A stretch of 63,984 nt of DNA, filler included, from Octopus bimaculoides (GCF_001194135.2; 7 parts of 7 records of this genome joined end to end with filler, not necessarily neighbours in it); one strand, 5' to 3'. Counted from the first letter of the whole stretch, positions 13,881 through 26,963 are shown. Translations and numbers: made by a program. The notes: generated from the sequence alone by a model not told the origin.

Positions 13881-14204
13881 CACATACTACTTTTTATGTG
13901 CCACATACTTACTAAAACTTTAACCTTTGCTATGTTTACTTTGGGGCCTCTCAACTTTAGGCTTTGTTCCCTTGTCTGGGATTTCTTTCCCCTCTTTTAC
14001 TTCTTATCGATTTTCAGTCTTTTTGTGTTCTGTTCTGTCGACATGGATTTCTGGTTTTTCTGTCTTCCTTTACTTGACCTGTTGCTGCTTTCTGTCACAC
14101 CTATTACCATTTTCTAATAAGCTGTAGAACACCTGGGGCACTGCATATATACTACTACTACTACTGCTGCCACCACCGCCACCACCTCTACTACTACTAC
14201 TACT

Positions 14205-14435
14205 GCTAAGGCTGTGAGCTGGCAGAACTGTTTGCACACCAGGGAACAATGCTTAGCAGCATTTCATCCGTCTTTACGTTTTGAGTTCAAATTTTGGCAA
14301 GGTTCACTTTGCCTTTCATCCTTTTGGCGGGTGAGGGGAGGTCAATAAATTATGTACCAGTACTGGGGTTGATGTAACCTATTTACCCCCTCCCCCGAAA
14401 TTGCTGGCCTTGTGCCAAAATTTGAAACCATTACT
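14205..14435 (+). mobile_element. MetaSINE-type tRNA SINE
   Basis: gagctggcagaactg (A box), gagttcaaatt (B box), ctttgcctttcatcctttt...aaattatgtaccag (Meta-domain-like), (ATT)n tail. Confidence 0.7.
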
Positions 14436-14503
14436 ATTATTATTATTATTATTATTAATAACTATTTTTATTTATTATTAATAATAATAATGATATCATT
14501 ATA

Positions 14504-14544
<41 letters not shown>

Positions 14545-14869
14545 ACAATTACCCATGTCAGTTTTTGGCTGTCAAGACAGCACATCTTTCAAAAAATTCC
14601 ATGCTTCTTGAAATTCACCAACTCTGCACCTGACATGCCTATTCCACCATTTCCTCTTGTGTCTCATTTACTGTTTACTTTTTCTGACATTTTTCTGTTT
14701 TATTCTGTGTACGATGCATGGACTCCTAGCTTTCATTGCTATCTTTTCTTAATTTATTGCTGTGTTCTGTCACCTCTTTTTTACACTTTGCCAACATGCT
14801 GTAGTACACCTGAGCACTGCATACAATAAGCTCATAGTTATTATTATCATTATTATTATTATTATTATT

Positions 14870-15210
14870 ATTGTTCAGTAGTTTTATTTTTCTAACGTGC
14901 TTTCACTTCACTACCGAGCGCAGCTCTGTGTGCTTTGGGTATGTGCTGTGGTTTGCTGTGATGCTCGTATGGTTACTATATTGAAAGTGTTTTGCGTAGG
15001 ATGTGTGCAGTACCCAGTAGTGCAATTTTCTGTATGTTATATATATTTGTAAGTCCTGGTATTTTTGTTATGTATTTGTCTGAATATTTTTTTTATTATA
15101 CCTAAGGCACCTACTATGATAGGAATTGTTTCTGTTTTTAGATTCCACATTCGAGTTACCTCTATTTCCAGGTCTTTGTATTTTGAAAGTTTTTCCATTT
15201 CTTTTAGGGA
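14870..15210 (-). mobile_element. RLE-type (R4/Dong-like) LINE 3' end in an (AAT)n tract
   Basis: Minus translation ends ...WNLKTETIPIIVGALGIIKK...IQKIALLGTAHILRKTLSI*; 3' UTR runs into (AAT)n. Confidence 0.8.
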
Positions 15211-15433
15211 NNNNNNNNNNNNNNNNNNNNNNNNNNNNNNNNNNNNNNNNNNNNNNNNNNNNNNNNNNNNNNNNNNNNNNNNNNNNNNNNNNNNNNNNNN
15301 NNNNNNNNNNNNNNNNNNNNNNNNNNNNNNNNNNNNNNNNNNNNNNNGCAGTTACATACTGAGGTCGATCTAATTGACTGGCCCCCTCCCCCAAAATTCC
15401 AGGCTTTGTGCCTAGAGTAGAGACGATTATTAC

Positions 15434-15643
15434 TAGGTGGCAAGCTGGCAGAATCATTAGCAGGCCAGGCGAAATGCTTCGTGATATTTTGTCTGTCTTT
15501 ACGTTCTGAGTTCAAATTCAGCTGAGGTCGACTTTGCCTTTTATCCTTTTGGGGTCAATTAAATAAGTACCAGTTAGGCACTGGGTTCGATGTAATTGAC
15601 TTAATCCTATCCCTTTAGCTGCCCATGTTGCAAAAATTTGAAA

Positions 15644-15645
<2 letters not shown>
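15434..15645 (+). mobile_element. MetaSINE-type SINE
   Basis: ggtggcaagctggcagaatcattagc...gagttcaaattc...ctttgccttttatccttttggggtc; (ATT)n tail. Confidence 0.75.
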
Positions 15646-15675
<30 letters not shown>

Positions 15676-16317
15676 TTCAACAGGATTTGAATGCGGAATA
15701 TAGAGAGAAAAAAAGCTAAATGCTGCAAGGAATTTACAGCAACATTCTATCAATTCACAGAAACCCTCATTCAAAATAAATGAAGAAATAAAAGAAATAA
15801 GATAGATATATTTTTACCAATTTTTTTTTATTCCACCTCAATCAGGCATTGTTCAAGAGCTATAATCTTGTTAAAGGATGTCAGTGTAAATTTTGTTGAA
15901 TGGTTTTGGTTAGAAACATAGAATTGAAAGCTTTGATTCTTCAAGAAAAAATAGAAAATAAAGAATGATGATTAATATGAGCTTTTAGCTGCCAAAATTT
16001 GATTGAAATTAGTTCTGCTGCCAAAACAGCATCTCTACATGATAACACAGAACATCATTGACATATATAGACACATAAATGAATATAAAGGTATAGAGTT
16101 AAAATAGCGAAAGATAATTTTATTCTAAATTAAAATAACAAGAATTCATAGAGGCATTGAAGAATTTGAAGAAATTGATATCTAAAATTCTTGCTATGCA
16201 AATATATCTTGATAAAGCAGTGGTATTTATTTTTTTAGAGTTGTTATGTAAGTATATATTTCCATGTAAGCAATGGTCTTCTTTTTGGCTTCTATTTTCA
16301 ATATTTGTTGTGCTGTG

Positions 16318-16685
16318 CTGTTGGCACTCCGTTGCTTACGACGACGAGGGTTCCAGTTGATCCCATCAACGGAACAGCCTGCTCGTGAAATTAACGTGCA
16401 AGTGGCTGAGCATTCCACAGACACATGTACCCTTAACGTAGTTCTCGGAGATATTCAGCGTGACACAGTGTGACAAGGCTGGCCCTTTGAAATACAGGTA
16501 CAAGAGAAACAGGAAGAAAGAGTGAGAGAAAGTTGTGGTGAAAGAGTACAAAAGGGTTCGCCACCATCCCCTGCCGGAGCCTCATGGAGCTTCGGTGTTT
16601 TCGCTCAATAAACACTCACAACGCCCGGTCTGGGAATCGCAACCGCGATCCTGCTGCCCTAACCAATGGGCCATTGCGCCTCCAC
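16318..16685 (-). mobile_element. tRNA-derived SINE sharing its 3' module with 27050-27372
   Basis: Minus head gtggaggcgcaatggcccattggttagggcagc...gcgattccc; 16320-16500 aligns by eye to 27050-27235. Confidence 0.65.
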
Positions 16686-18223
16686 TTTCAATATTTAAGC
16701 AAAGGAGAAAGAAAGGCGATGTCCATAGAATTTGTAGGTCTTCCCAGACTGGTGATTGTTGTTCTGTTTGACTTGAACTTCTGTAGGTTGGTACCTACAG
16801 GGAAATCCACCCTGACACCTCATCAACACTGTTTCATCACTCTTTCCAGCTCCATCCTGGTTACTTCCATCCACACTTCTATAATATGAGTAGCCATTGT
16901 AGCTCCTTTACAACAAGAAACTTACTTTGTTCTGGCCCCTTCTTTCATACTTTAATCCCTCATTTCCTAACAAAAAGCAGTCTCCCTTTCTACTGTAATT
17001 CCACTGTTGAAGGAGATCTCAGTCTTGTGAGCTACATGACAACTTCACTAATGGTAGTGTCATGAAAAACCACCTGCTACATACTCTAAAGCAGTAAAAA
17101 TTAGGAAGAGCATCCAGTCATAGAAGCCATGCTGAAACTGAGACATTGGAGCACAATGCTGTCGTCAGACCAAGTGGATCTTGTCAAACCATCCAACTCA
17201 TACCAGCATAGAAGATGGATGTTAAAAAGATAATGATGATAAGGAAGCAACAGAGGGTGGAAGTTGTAGAGGAGGAAAAGGATTAAATGAAGTGTTTACT
17301 ACAGTGATTGTGGAGTGAAACATTAAAGACAGAAAGAGGACATTCATCACCACCACCTTGCTTGAGAATATATATATATATATATATATANNNNNNNNNN
17401 NNNNNNNNNNNNNNNNNNNNNNNNNNNNNNNNNNNNNNNNNNNNNNNNNNNNNNNNNNNNNNNNNNNNNNNNNNNNNNNNNNNNNNNNNNNNNNNNNNNN
17501 NNNNNNNNNNNNNNNNNNNNNNNNNNNNNNNNNNNNNNNNNNNNNNNNNNNNNNNNNNNNNNNNNNNNNNNNNNNNNNNNNNNNNNNNNNNNNNNNNNNN
17601 NNNNNNNNNNNNNNNNNNNNNNNNNNNNNNNNNNNNNNNNNNNNNNNNNNNNNNNNNNNNNNNNNNNNNNNNNNNNNNNNNNNNNNNNNNNNNNNNNNNN
17701 NNNNNNNNNNNNNNNNNNNNNNNNNNNNNNNNNNNNNNNNNNNNNNNNNNNNNNNNNNNNNNNNNNNNNNNNNNNNNNNNNNNNNNNNNNNNNNNNNNNN
17801 NNNNNNNNNNNNNNNNNNNNNNNNNNNNNNNNNNNNNNNNNNNNNNNNNNNNNNNNNNNNNNNNNNNNNNNNNNNNNNNNNNNNNNNNNNNNNNNNNNNN
17901 NNNNNNNNNNNNNNNNNNNNNNNNNNNNNNNNNNNNNNNNNNNNNNNNNNNNNNNNNNNNNNNNNNNNNNNNNNNNNNNNNNNNNNNNNNNNNNNNNNNN
18001 NNNNNNNNNNNNNNNNNNNNNNNNNNNNNNNNNNNNNNNNNNNNNNNNNNNNNNNNNNNNNNNNNNNNNNNNNACAAATCAGACCACTAAAACAAGAGAA
18101 ATCACAAGAAAAACAAGACGTCCATTTAAATAGGTTTGTGTCATGCACGAAACTCTCAGTCCTTGAGTCACTTTATAAATTCTGCCTATTTAAATAACAA
18201 TATATATATAAATAAAAATATAT

Positions 18224-18261
<38 letters not shown>

Positions 18262-19379
18262 TAATTGCTTATGAGCTAAGTGTATCTTGAATTCTAAATT
18301 TAATTTGACCATTCTCATAACCTGTTGTAACCATTTTTGGTACTTGGTGTTACTGGGAAGGACTGTTCAGAAACGGTTGGTTTCAACATATTTGATATGG
18401 AAGATTCCTTCATTTGTAAAATGTGAGTGTAAAGCAACCCCATTGTACTTGCGTTTTTCTTTTATCTGCTGTTGAGATAAAGCACAGAAAAAAATAGTGG
18501 AAGGAATCTGAAGAATTGCTATTTTTATTGACAACAATGATACCCTTCTCTGAATAAAATGTGAGTTTTATAAGGCATGAATAAGAACTGAGAAGCCATA
18601 AGTATAAGAAGCATAAAGCCAGATTTTTATGTAGATAATCTACAATAATTTCAGAGAAACCAAATGAGTAAAATTAGTTGGAGGTGTAATGTTAAGTTAC
18701 AAGAAAGACTTAGTGTTCAGGGATTAAAAAAAACAAAATGGCTGGATATTAAATGTATTGGACTTGTATGCAGTAGAGTCTGCTGCAATGGTAAGGACAT
18801 AAAATGAAAATGGATGAAGGATAAATACTGAATGAAAAAACATCATGAGGTGATGGTGAAAAAGTATCAATGAATAGAAAATGGCCAACAATAGAATTTG
18901 GAATAACACTGGTAATTCAGACAGAGAATGTTAACCCTTTTGCTACCATATTTTTATTGACATTCACGGACTCTGTTTCAGTTTTTTTTTTTTTTTAATG
19001 TAAAATAATTTTGTCATTATTAAGCTGATGTTTGGAACATAAATTAACATGAAATTCTAAGGATGGGGGGTTATTTAGATCTCTTTAATCATTTTGATAC
19101 CATCTTTCTGTTGAATTACACTAGCTTTTCTGAAAATAGTGAGGAATTTAATAAAGTAACTTTGTCATCATTTAGCTGGTGTTTGAAACATAAATTAACA
19201 CGAAATATATATATATGAATTATTTTTACTTTTTCAAGGAAAAGAAAAGGTTTTTAAAAGGATTTTTTCAATTATGAAATTTATATACACCTATTTTTAG
19301 TTTTAACTTCATCTGTTTGTTTTTTTTTTAAATTCTTCTTGTGATCACAAAGACTGTTTCAGTGGTGATGACAGTAAAG

Positions 19380-19870
19380 TACATCATCATGATGCTGCTG
19401 CTGATGAGGATGCTGATGCTGATGAGGATGCTGATGCTGATGAGGATGCTGATGACAGTGATGATAAACAACTGTTGCTGCCAATAATTCACTTCCAGCT
19501 GATAATGATAACTATGATGACGACGATGATGATGATGATGATGTGATCCTCCTCCTCCTCCTTATCGTCATCCTTATCATCCTCAAAATTATAGACATGC
19601 TTTTATCTCAGTTAAGAGTTTTTTTGCTCTGAAGATGACAACAATGATGCTGATGATGATGATGATAGTGATGACGATGATGATGACAATAATGATGATG
19701 ATGAAGATGGTGGTGGTGATGATGGTGATGATAATAATGATGAACACCAATTACAACAGCGTAAGTCTACCACCATCTCATCATCATCATCATCATCATC
19801 ATCACCATCATCATCATCACCATCATCATCATTGTCATCCTCGTCACTGTCAGCACCACTTTTAGAATCC
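19380..19870. repeat. (GAT)/(CAT) low-complexity tract, probably 3' UTR or downstream flank of the NPL-like gene
   Basis: Directly visible; lies just after the stop codon of the minus-strand exon. Confidence 0.8.
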
Positions 19871-19874
19871 ATTA

Positions 19875-20024
19875 TTACGACCGAAACAAGAATCCCAATT
19901 CTTCAAGTTCTAACTTCATGGCACTCATCTGTTCTCCTGGCATGCTGACAAGCGGTAACCTTGTGGGACCAAGATCCATGCCAAATAAGGACAAAGATGG
20001 CTGTCTCTCTGGAGACAAGTTTGT
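19875..20024 (-). CDS. NPL: Terminal coding exon of an N-acetylneuraminate lyase-like (DHDPS/NAL family) gene
   Basis: Acceptor ttattttgcag|, then TNLSPERQPSLSLFGMDLGPTRLPLVSMPGEQMSAMKLELEELGFLFRS* (TAA TAA). G-x-D-L-G-P-x-R-L-P-L plus the final helix ending LGF recalls the NPL C-terminus (human GIPMGPPRLPL...KLKSLDF, from memory). No upstream exons found. Confidence 0.7.
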   Translation of the reverse strand, partial: TNLSPERQPSLSLFGMDLGPTRLPLVSMPGEQMSAMKLELEELGFLFRS

Positions 20025-20254
20025 CTGCAAAATAATTAAATAAATAATACAGCGTAATTACATGCATACAGAGCAAGAGATGTATGTGTGTGTGTGTGTG
20101 TGTGTGTATGTATATTTGTATGTGTATGTGTATGTGTGTGTGAGTGTATATGTATGTGTTTGTGTGTGTGAATGTGTGTGCTTGTGTGTATGGGTATGTA
20201 TGTATATTTGTATGTGTATATGTGTGTGTGTATGCATGTGTGTGTATATGTGAT

Positions 20255-20309
<55 letters not shown>

Positions 20310-21163
20310 NNNNNNNNNNNNNNNNNNNNNNNNNNNNNNNNNNNNNNNNNNNNNNNNNNNNNNNNNNNNNNNNNNNNNNNNNNNNNNNNNNNNNNNNNNN
20401 NNNNNNNNNNNNNNNNNNNNNNNNNNNNNNNNNNNNNNNNNNNNNNNNNNNNNNNNNNNNNNNNNNNNNNNNNNNNNNNNNNNNNNNNNNNNNNNNNNNN
20501 NNNNNNNNNNNNNNNNNNNNNNNNNNNNNNNNNNNNNNNNNNNNNNNNNNNNNNNNNNNNNNNNNNNNNNNNNNNNNNNNNNNNNNNNNNNNNNNNNNNN
20601 NNNNNNNNNNNNNNNNNNNNNNNNNNNNNNNNNNNNNNNNNNNNNNNNNNNNNNNNNNNNNNNNNNNNNNNNNNNNNNNNNNNNNNNNNNNNNNNNNNNN
20701 NNNNNNNNNNNNNNNNTCTTCCGATCTGTGGTGGCTGTGGTGGCAGTGGTGGTGGTGGTGGCGGTGGTAATATCATGATGGTGATGGTGGTGATGGCAGT
20801 AGGGATGGTAGTGATATGATGATGATGGTGGTGGTATGTATATATTTGTGGTGGTGGAGTTGGTGGTGGGAGTGGTGGTGGTGGTGGTGGGAGTAGTGGT
20901 GGTGGTGGTAGTGGTAGTGGTGTTGGTGGCACATCAGAGAAATGAAAGCGGGGGCACCATAAAGGAACCAAATTCAATTGATATTAAAACACTCCCTAAA
21001 ACCGAAAATGTTGGGAACCACAGAGGCAAAGTTATTATTAATTAGGGTCCAGAGAACACTTCTGAGAGAACGGCAACCTGAAACTGAGACCAAATATTAA
21101 TTGAAACGGAGACATACGAAGAATTACACACATCAATAGACACAAAACTGAACTGGATATATA

Positions 21164-21203
<40 letters not shown>

Positions 21204-22163
21204 GCACACATACACAGACATACATACATGTAAATGGGAATGTGTGTGAGTCTCTATTACTTTCTCTCTCTCTCTCTCTCTCTCTTTATATNNNNNNNNN
21301 NNNNNNNNNNNNNNNNNNNNNNNNNNNNNNNNNNNNNNNNNNNNNNNNNNNNNNNNNNNNNNNNNNNNNNNNNNNNNNNNNNNNNNNNNNNNNNNNNNNN
21401 NNNNNNNNNNNNNNNNNNNNNNNNNNNNNNNNNNNNNNNNNNNNNNNNNNNNNNNNNNNNNNNNNNNNNNNNNNNNNNNNNNNNNNNNNNNNNNNNNNNN
21501 NNNNNNNNNNNNNNNNNNNNNNNNNNNNNNNNNNNNNNNNNNNNNNNNNNNNNNNNNNNNNNNNNNNNNNNNNNNNNNNNNNNNNNNNNNNNNNNNNNNN
21601 NNNNNNNNNNNNNNNNNNNNNNNNNNNNNNNNNNNNNNNNNNNNNNNNNNNNNNNNNNNNNNNNNNNNNNNNNNNNNNNNNNNNNNNNNNNNNNNNNNNN
21701 NNNNNNNNNNNNNNNNNNNNNNNNNNNNNNNNNNNNNNNNNNNNNNNNNNNNNNNNNNNNNNNNNNNNNNNNNNNNNNNNNNNNNNNNNNNNNNNNNNNN
21801 NNNNNNNNNNNNNNNNNNNNNNNNNNNNNNNNNNNNNNNNNNNNNNNNNNNNNNNNNNNNNNNNNNNNNNNNNNNNNNNNNNNNNNNNNNNNNNNNNNNN
21901 NNNNNNNNNNNNNNNNNNNNNNNNNNNNNNNNNNNNNNNNNNNNNNNNNNNNNNNNNNNNNNNNNNNNNNNNNNNNNNNNNNNNNNNNNNNNNNNNNNNN
22001 NNNNNNNNNNNNNNNNNNNNNNNNNNNNNNNATTGAAGTTACAGATGACAAAATAGTTTGCGTGCATATATTAATATATATATGCATTCATACACACATA
22101 CATATATATATATACCTTTATACACATACACAGACGCACATGTATGTTTATATATATAAATTT

Positions 22164-22210
<47 letters not shown>

Positions 22211-22719
22211 AGCATATATAAATATATGAGCCATCATACACACATTTCTGCATATGTACAGGCTTATACACATATATAAACACACACACACACACACACA
22301 TAAACATATACACATGCAAGCAAGCAGTCACTCAGACACCAATACACATACACCACCACATCTACATTTTATACAGAAATCTTTGATCTTTGAAGCAGTG
22401 AGAGAGATTGGGTCTGTGATGCGGATTTGGTCATTAAGTACACCTTGGTAGAATTTACAAAGATATCCGGTGGAGCTACTACCAGTCTGGGATGTTTATA
22501 AACAATTTCTTAATATGGCAGTAAAACACTTTCTTCCAATATTGGACTTAATTCCAGAGAAACCCTTCTAATCTGTTACACACACACACACACACACAAA
22601 ACCATCTATACATGTGCATGTTTATATGCATGCATGTGTGCATACATATGTTTATGCATACATGCTTATATATATACATACATGATTACATATATACATA
22701 CATTTCTGCATATATATAT

Positions 22720-23395
22720 ATGTTGGGCCTCACAGAGGCAAAGTGGCTGAGTTCCTTTCGAGCATTGGGCCTCACAGCAGCAAAGTGGCTAAATGTTGGG
22801 CCTCATGGAGGCAATGACTGAGACCTTTGGCATTAAGAAGAAGACACGGTGGCAAGATGGCAGAATCGTTAGCACGCCGGGCGAAATGCTTAGCCGTATT
22901 TCATCTGCCGTTACGTTCTGAGTTCAACTTTGCCTTTCATCCTTTCGAGGTCGATAAATTAAGTACCAGTNNNNNNNNNNCCGTTACGTTCTGAGTTCAA
23001 CTTTGCCTTTCATCCTTTCGAGGTCGATAAATTAAGTACCAGTTACGCACTGGGGTCGATGTAATCAACTTAATCCCTTTCTCTTTCCTTGTTTATCCCT
23101 TCTATGTTTAGCCCCCTGTGCGTAATAAAGAAATAAGAAGAAGACACATCAAGCTGAGCAAAATTGCAGTTATGGCAAACACTGGTGTCACACAAACTGG
23201 CACCCGTGCTGGTGGCAAGTAAGAGCACCCATTACACTCTCAGAGTAGTTGGCATTAGGAAGGGCATCCAGCCATAGAAAACCATGCCAAATCAGACTGG
23301 AGTCTGGTGCAACCTTCCAGTTAGCTATTCCTGGTCAAACCGTCCAACCCATGCCAGCATGGACAACAGACATTAAACGATGTACGATGACGATG
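22720..23395 (+). mobile_element. RTE-tailed element interrupted by a MetaSINE (22848-23133)
   Basis: Perfect 14-bp TSD TAAGAAGAAGACAC at 22834-22847 and 23134-23147; host continues to ccatgccagcatggacaacagacattaaacgatg. Confidence 0.8.
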
Positions 23396-23870
23396 TATGA
23401 TGTCTGATGGTAGTCCCCTGTAGTCCAAGAAAGACAGTTCTGCATTGTTTTGCTGAACGACCTGCACAAATGATTTGTTTATAGTGATCAAATGTTTGAA
23501 CTATGCTTTAGCCCAATCTTTCCATCAAAGCGAAATTGTCTGAACTGAAGCACAGTGTACCCCACATCAGGTGTCAAGAACACACAGTTCCACCTGGTCT
23601 AGGAATTGAAACCAAGAGTGCAACGCCATCACCACTAGGCTATGTGCTTTCATATGCATATATATATATAGATAGATTGATAAAACTTACTTGGAAAAGG
23701 ATGCATGGTGTTCGATCATATAATAATATAAATAATATATAAATATATGCATATATCCATACATATATGTACATACCTACATCTATACCCATATATGCAT
23801 GTATGTATACATATAGATGTAGGTATGTACATATATGTATGGATATATGCATATATTTATATATTATCTA

Positions 23871-23930
<60 letters not shown>

Positions 23931-24239
23931 TATTCATATACATACATACAGCTGGGTGCAAAAGTAGGTATACAGTAAGTTCCACATCAAAGTTATGTCA
24001 CTTAATTCATTAAAATTTTTAGCACATTAAATTAGTTAACCTTATTTTTGATATTTTCAGTGTCATTAATCAAAATAATACATTTATAATTATAATAATA
24101 CTTTTATCGTAACTTTTAATTTTTTTGATAAAAATAAATGAGTATTGTATGTGTTTTCTGTTTTCATAACTGTATACCTTTTGCACCACCCTGTATATAC
24201 ATTTGCACATGCATAGAAACACACATGCGTGCACACATA

Positions 24240-25470
24240 CATGAAGACAACAGCCACATTATTGGCAACTTGTAGGTATTTTCTTCCCATGAGGCATATT
24301 GCAGTGGCCAGAGGAGTCTGGAATAGGGAAATGTCTGCAGACAAACCAACGTATCAAAATAATATTGGTAGAGCTTAAAAATTTAACCAGTCATCAAGTT
24401 AAAACATAAATGGTTGTATATTGTTGTGTGGGACCACAAAGAAAGGATATGTTCTGTTGTAGAAATCAGCTACCCTCTGGACACCAAAAAAGGAGGCAGC
24501 TGTGGACCATTGATAAGGAGTTGGCAAATCTAGTACCAAAAACAGACTTTCAGTTTCATACCTATTATTATTGGAGCAACAGGATACATACTGACCTGAA
24601 GGCGGAGAGCTGGCATAAATGTTAGCAGGCCAGGTGAAATGCTTAGCGGTATTTCGTCCATCTTTACGTTCTGAGTTCAAATTTCCGCTGAGGTCAACTT
24701 TGCTTTTCATCCATTCGAGGTCGATAAATTAAGTACCAGTTATGCACTGGGGTCGATGTAATTGACTTAATTCCTTGTTTGTCCCCTCAATAAAGAAATA
24801 AGAAATCTTAGCAGGCTGGGCAAAATGCTTAGCGGTATTTCGTCTGTCTTGACGTTCTGAGTTCAAATTTCCGCTGAGGTCAACTTTGCCTTTCATCCAT
24901 TCGAGGTCGATAAATTAAGTACCAGTTATGCACTGGGGTCAATGTAATTGACTTAATTCCTTGTTTGTCCCCTCAATAAAGAAATAAGAAATCTTAGCAG
25001 GCTGGGCGAAATGCTTAGCGGTATTTCGTCTGTCTTGAGGTTCTGAGTTCAAATTTCCGCTGAGGTCAACTTTGTCTTTCATCCATTCGAGGTCGATAAA
25101 TTAAGTACCAGTTACACACTGGAGTCAATGTAATTGACTTAATTCCTTGTTTATCCCCTCTATGTTTAGCCCCTTGCAGGCAATAAAGAAATAAGAAATG
25201 TTAGCAGGCCGGGCGAAATGCTTAGCGGTATTTTGTCTGTCTTTATGTTCTGAGTTCAAATTTCTGCCGAGGTTGACTTTGCTTTTCATCCTTTTGAGGT
25301 TGACCAGTTGCGTACTGGGGTTGATCTAATCAACTGGCTCCCACCCCAAAAATTTCAGACCTTGTGCCTAGAGTAGAAAAGGATATGTACCAACCCATCT
25401 GGAGGAAAGTATGGCTGAACTTGGGTTCTTGAGGAAAGAACGCAAATCCTTAATTCATATATTATAAATG
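24240..25470 (+). mobile_element. RLE-type LINE 3' fragment (CCHC + PD-(D/E)xK region) split by a MetaSINE tetramer at 24597-25380
   Basis: EDNSHIIGN / YFLPMRHIAVARGVW / IVVWDHKERICSVVEISYPLDT / FIPIIIGATGY on the left; GYVPTHLEESMAELGF resumes after the SINEs. Confidence 0.8.
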
Positions 25471-26094
25471 ATTACAATAATAAAGACCTCCTAAGATTTA
25501 AGGCAAAACGAACAAAAGAAGATCCTTTCCTTCACAACCTTGCTACCAAGCAGGTGGTCAGTCAAAATTAGCTCTAAATTAAGAGAATGAGAACACACAC
25601 ACACACACACACACAGCCACCCATTTATCTGCAAATCCAAACAACAGGACAACAGACAATATATATTTTATAATACTGACGGATGGCCAGCGACTGAGTT
25701 TCTGTGTTGAATAATTATACACACATCAAAGGGTTTCGAAGCGTTTAATTAACTACAAATGTTTTGGTTGATTACTCAGCTGGAGAAGTACTGAGGGTGT
25801 TTAACAAAGAAACGTACTGGCTGTTTAGTCATTTTATTGTTGTTGTTGTTGTTGTTGGTGGCAGTGGTTGTGGTGCATTTGTTTGTTGGTAGTTTGGTTA
25901 TTTTCATTATAAAAGAAGGTGACCCACCATGAAATATATGTAAACAAGGGTGGCAGGAGGGGAAAAGTCTTGGAGGGGTTTCAATATTTAATATCTGCTT
26001 TATTTCATGTTTTAAATCTACAATGCCATAGTATTATATTCAGTGTATATCCAGTATGTATGTATGTATATATATATATATATATATCATCATC

Positions 26095-26261
26095 ATCATC
26101 ATCGTTTAACGTCCGCTTTCCATGCTAGCATGGGTTGGACGATTTGACTGAGGACTGGTGAAACCGGATGGCAACACCAGGCTCCAGTCTGATTTGGCAG
26201 AGTTTCTACAGCTGGATGCCCTTCCTAACGCCAACCACTCAGAGAGTGTAGTGGGTGCTTT

Positions 26262-26312
<51 letters not shown>

Positions 26313-26723
26313 ATACATATATGTATGCTTCATCATCATCATCGTTTAACATCTGTTTTCCATGCTGGCATAGGTTGGATGGTTTGACTGAGGTCTGGAG
26401 AGCCAGCAGCTGCACCAGGTTCCAATCTGATCTGGCAATGTTTCTACAGCTGGATACCCCTCCTAATGCCAACCACTGCAAGAGTGTAGTGGGTGCTTTT
26501 TATGTGCCACCGGCACAGGAGCCAGTCAGGTGGGCCTGGCATTGATCACATTTGGATAGTGCTTTTTACATGTCACCAGCATGGGGGCCAGTCAGGGGTT
26601 ACTGGCATCGGCCACTTTTGGATGGTGTCTTTTACATGCCATCGGCACGAGAGCCAGTTAGGGGGTACTGATATTGGCCACCTTTGGATGGTGGTTTTAT
26701 ACATGCCACCAGCACGGGAGCCA

Positions 26724-26725
<2 letters not shown>
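26095..26725 (-). mobile_element. Two adjacent RTE-tailed elements
   Basis: Tails at about 26095 and 26335, each (CAT)n + tttaac.tc.g.tttccatgct; the second carries internal subrepeats. Confidence 0.65.
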
Positions 26726-26771
<46 letters not shown>

Positions 26772-26963
26772 TTGTGTCTGAGGAGAGTCATTCTCTTTTA
26801 GTGCCTAATTACTTAACACACTCACCAGTTTGATTTCCACTCATTTACTGAAAATAAAAAAAAATTTTAAATATTAATATAAAATAAAATAAATCACTAA
26901 ATTGAACCAGTGAGTGTGTCAAATAATAAGGTACTAAAAGTGAATGACTCTTCCCATACACAA
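26772..26963. mobile_element. MITE, about 190 bp with about 60-bp inverted arms
   Basis: ttgtgtctgaggagagtcattctcttttagtgcc...acacactcacc pairs with agtgagtgtgt...tactaaaagtgaatgactcttcccatacacaa. Confidence 0.7.

Noticed and set aside
16697-16878. Minus-strand open frame after ttatag (SVDGSNQDGAGKSDETVLMRCQGGFPCRYQPTEVQVKQ...)
   Set aside because: No recognisable family, weak acceptor, sandwiched between two retroelements; unresolved without BLASTX or RNA-seq.
22909-23040. 60-bp tandem duplication inside the SINE
   Set aside because: Identical copies flank a 10-N gap, so this is an unmerged contig overlap.
24399-24710. 103-aa minus-strand ORF (DLPTPYQWSTAASFFG...)
   Set aside because: Antisense shadow of the LINE endonuclease region on the plus strand.
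26826-26847. Apparent 22-nt minus-strand start exon (ttttcag|TAAATGAGTGGAAATCAAACTG|gtgagt) for the NPL-like gene
   Set aside because: The donor lies within a MITE inverted arm, and there is no room or evidence for the intervening NPL exons.
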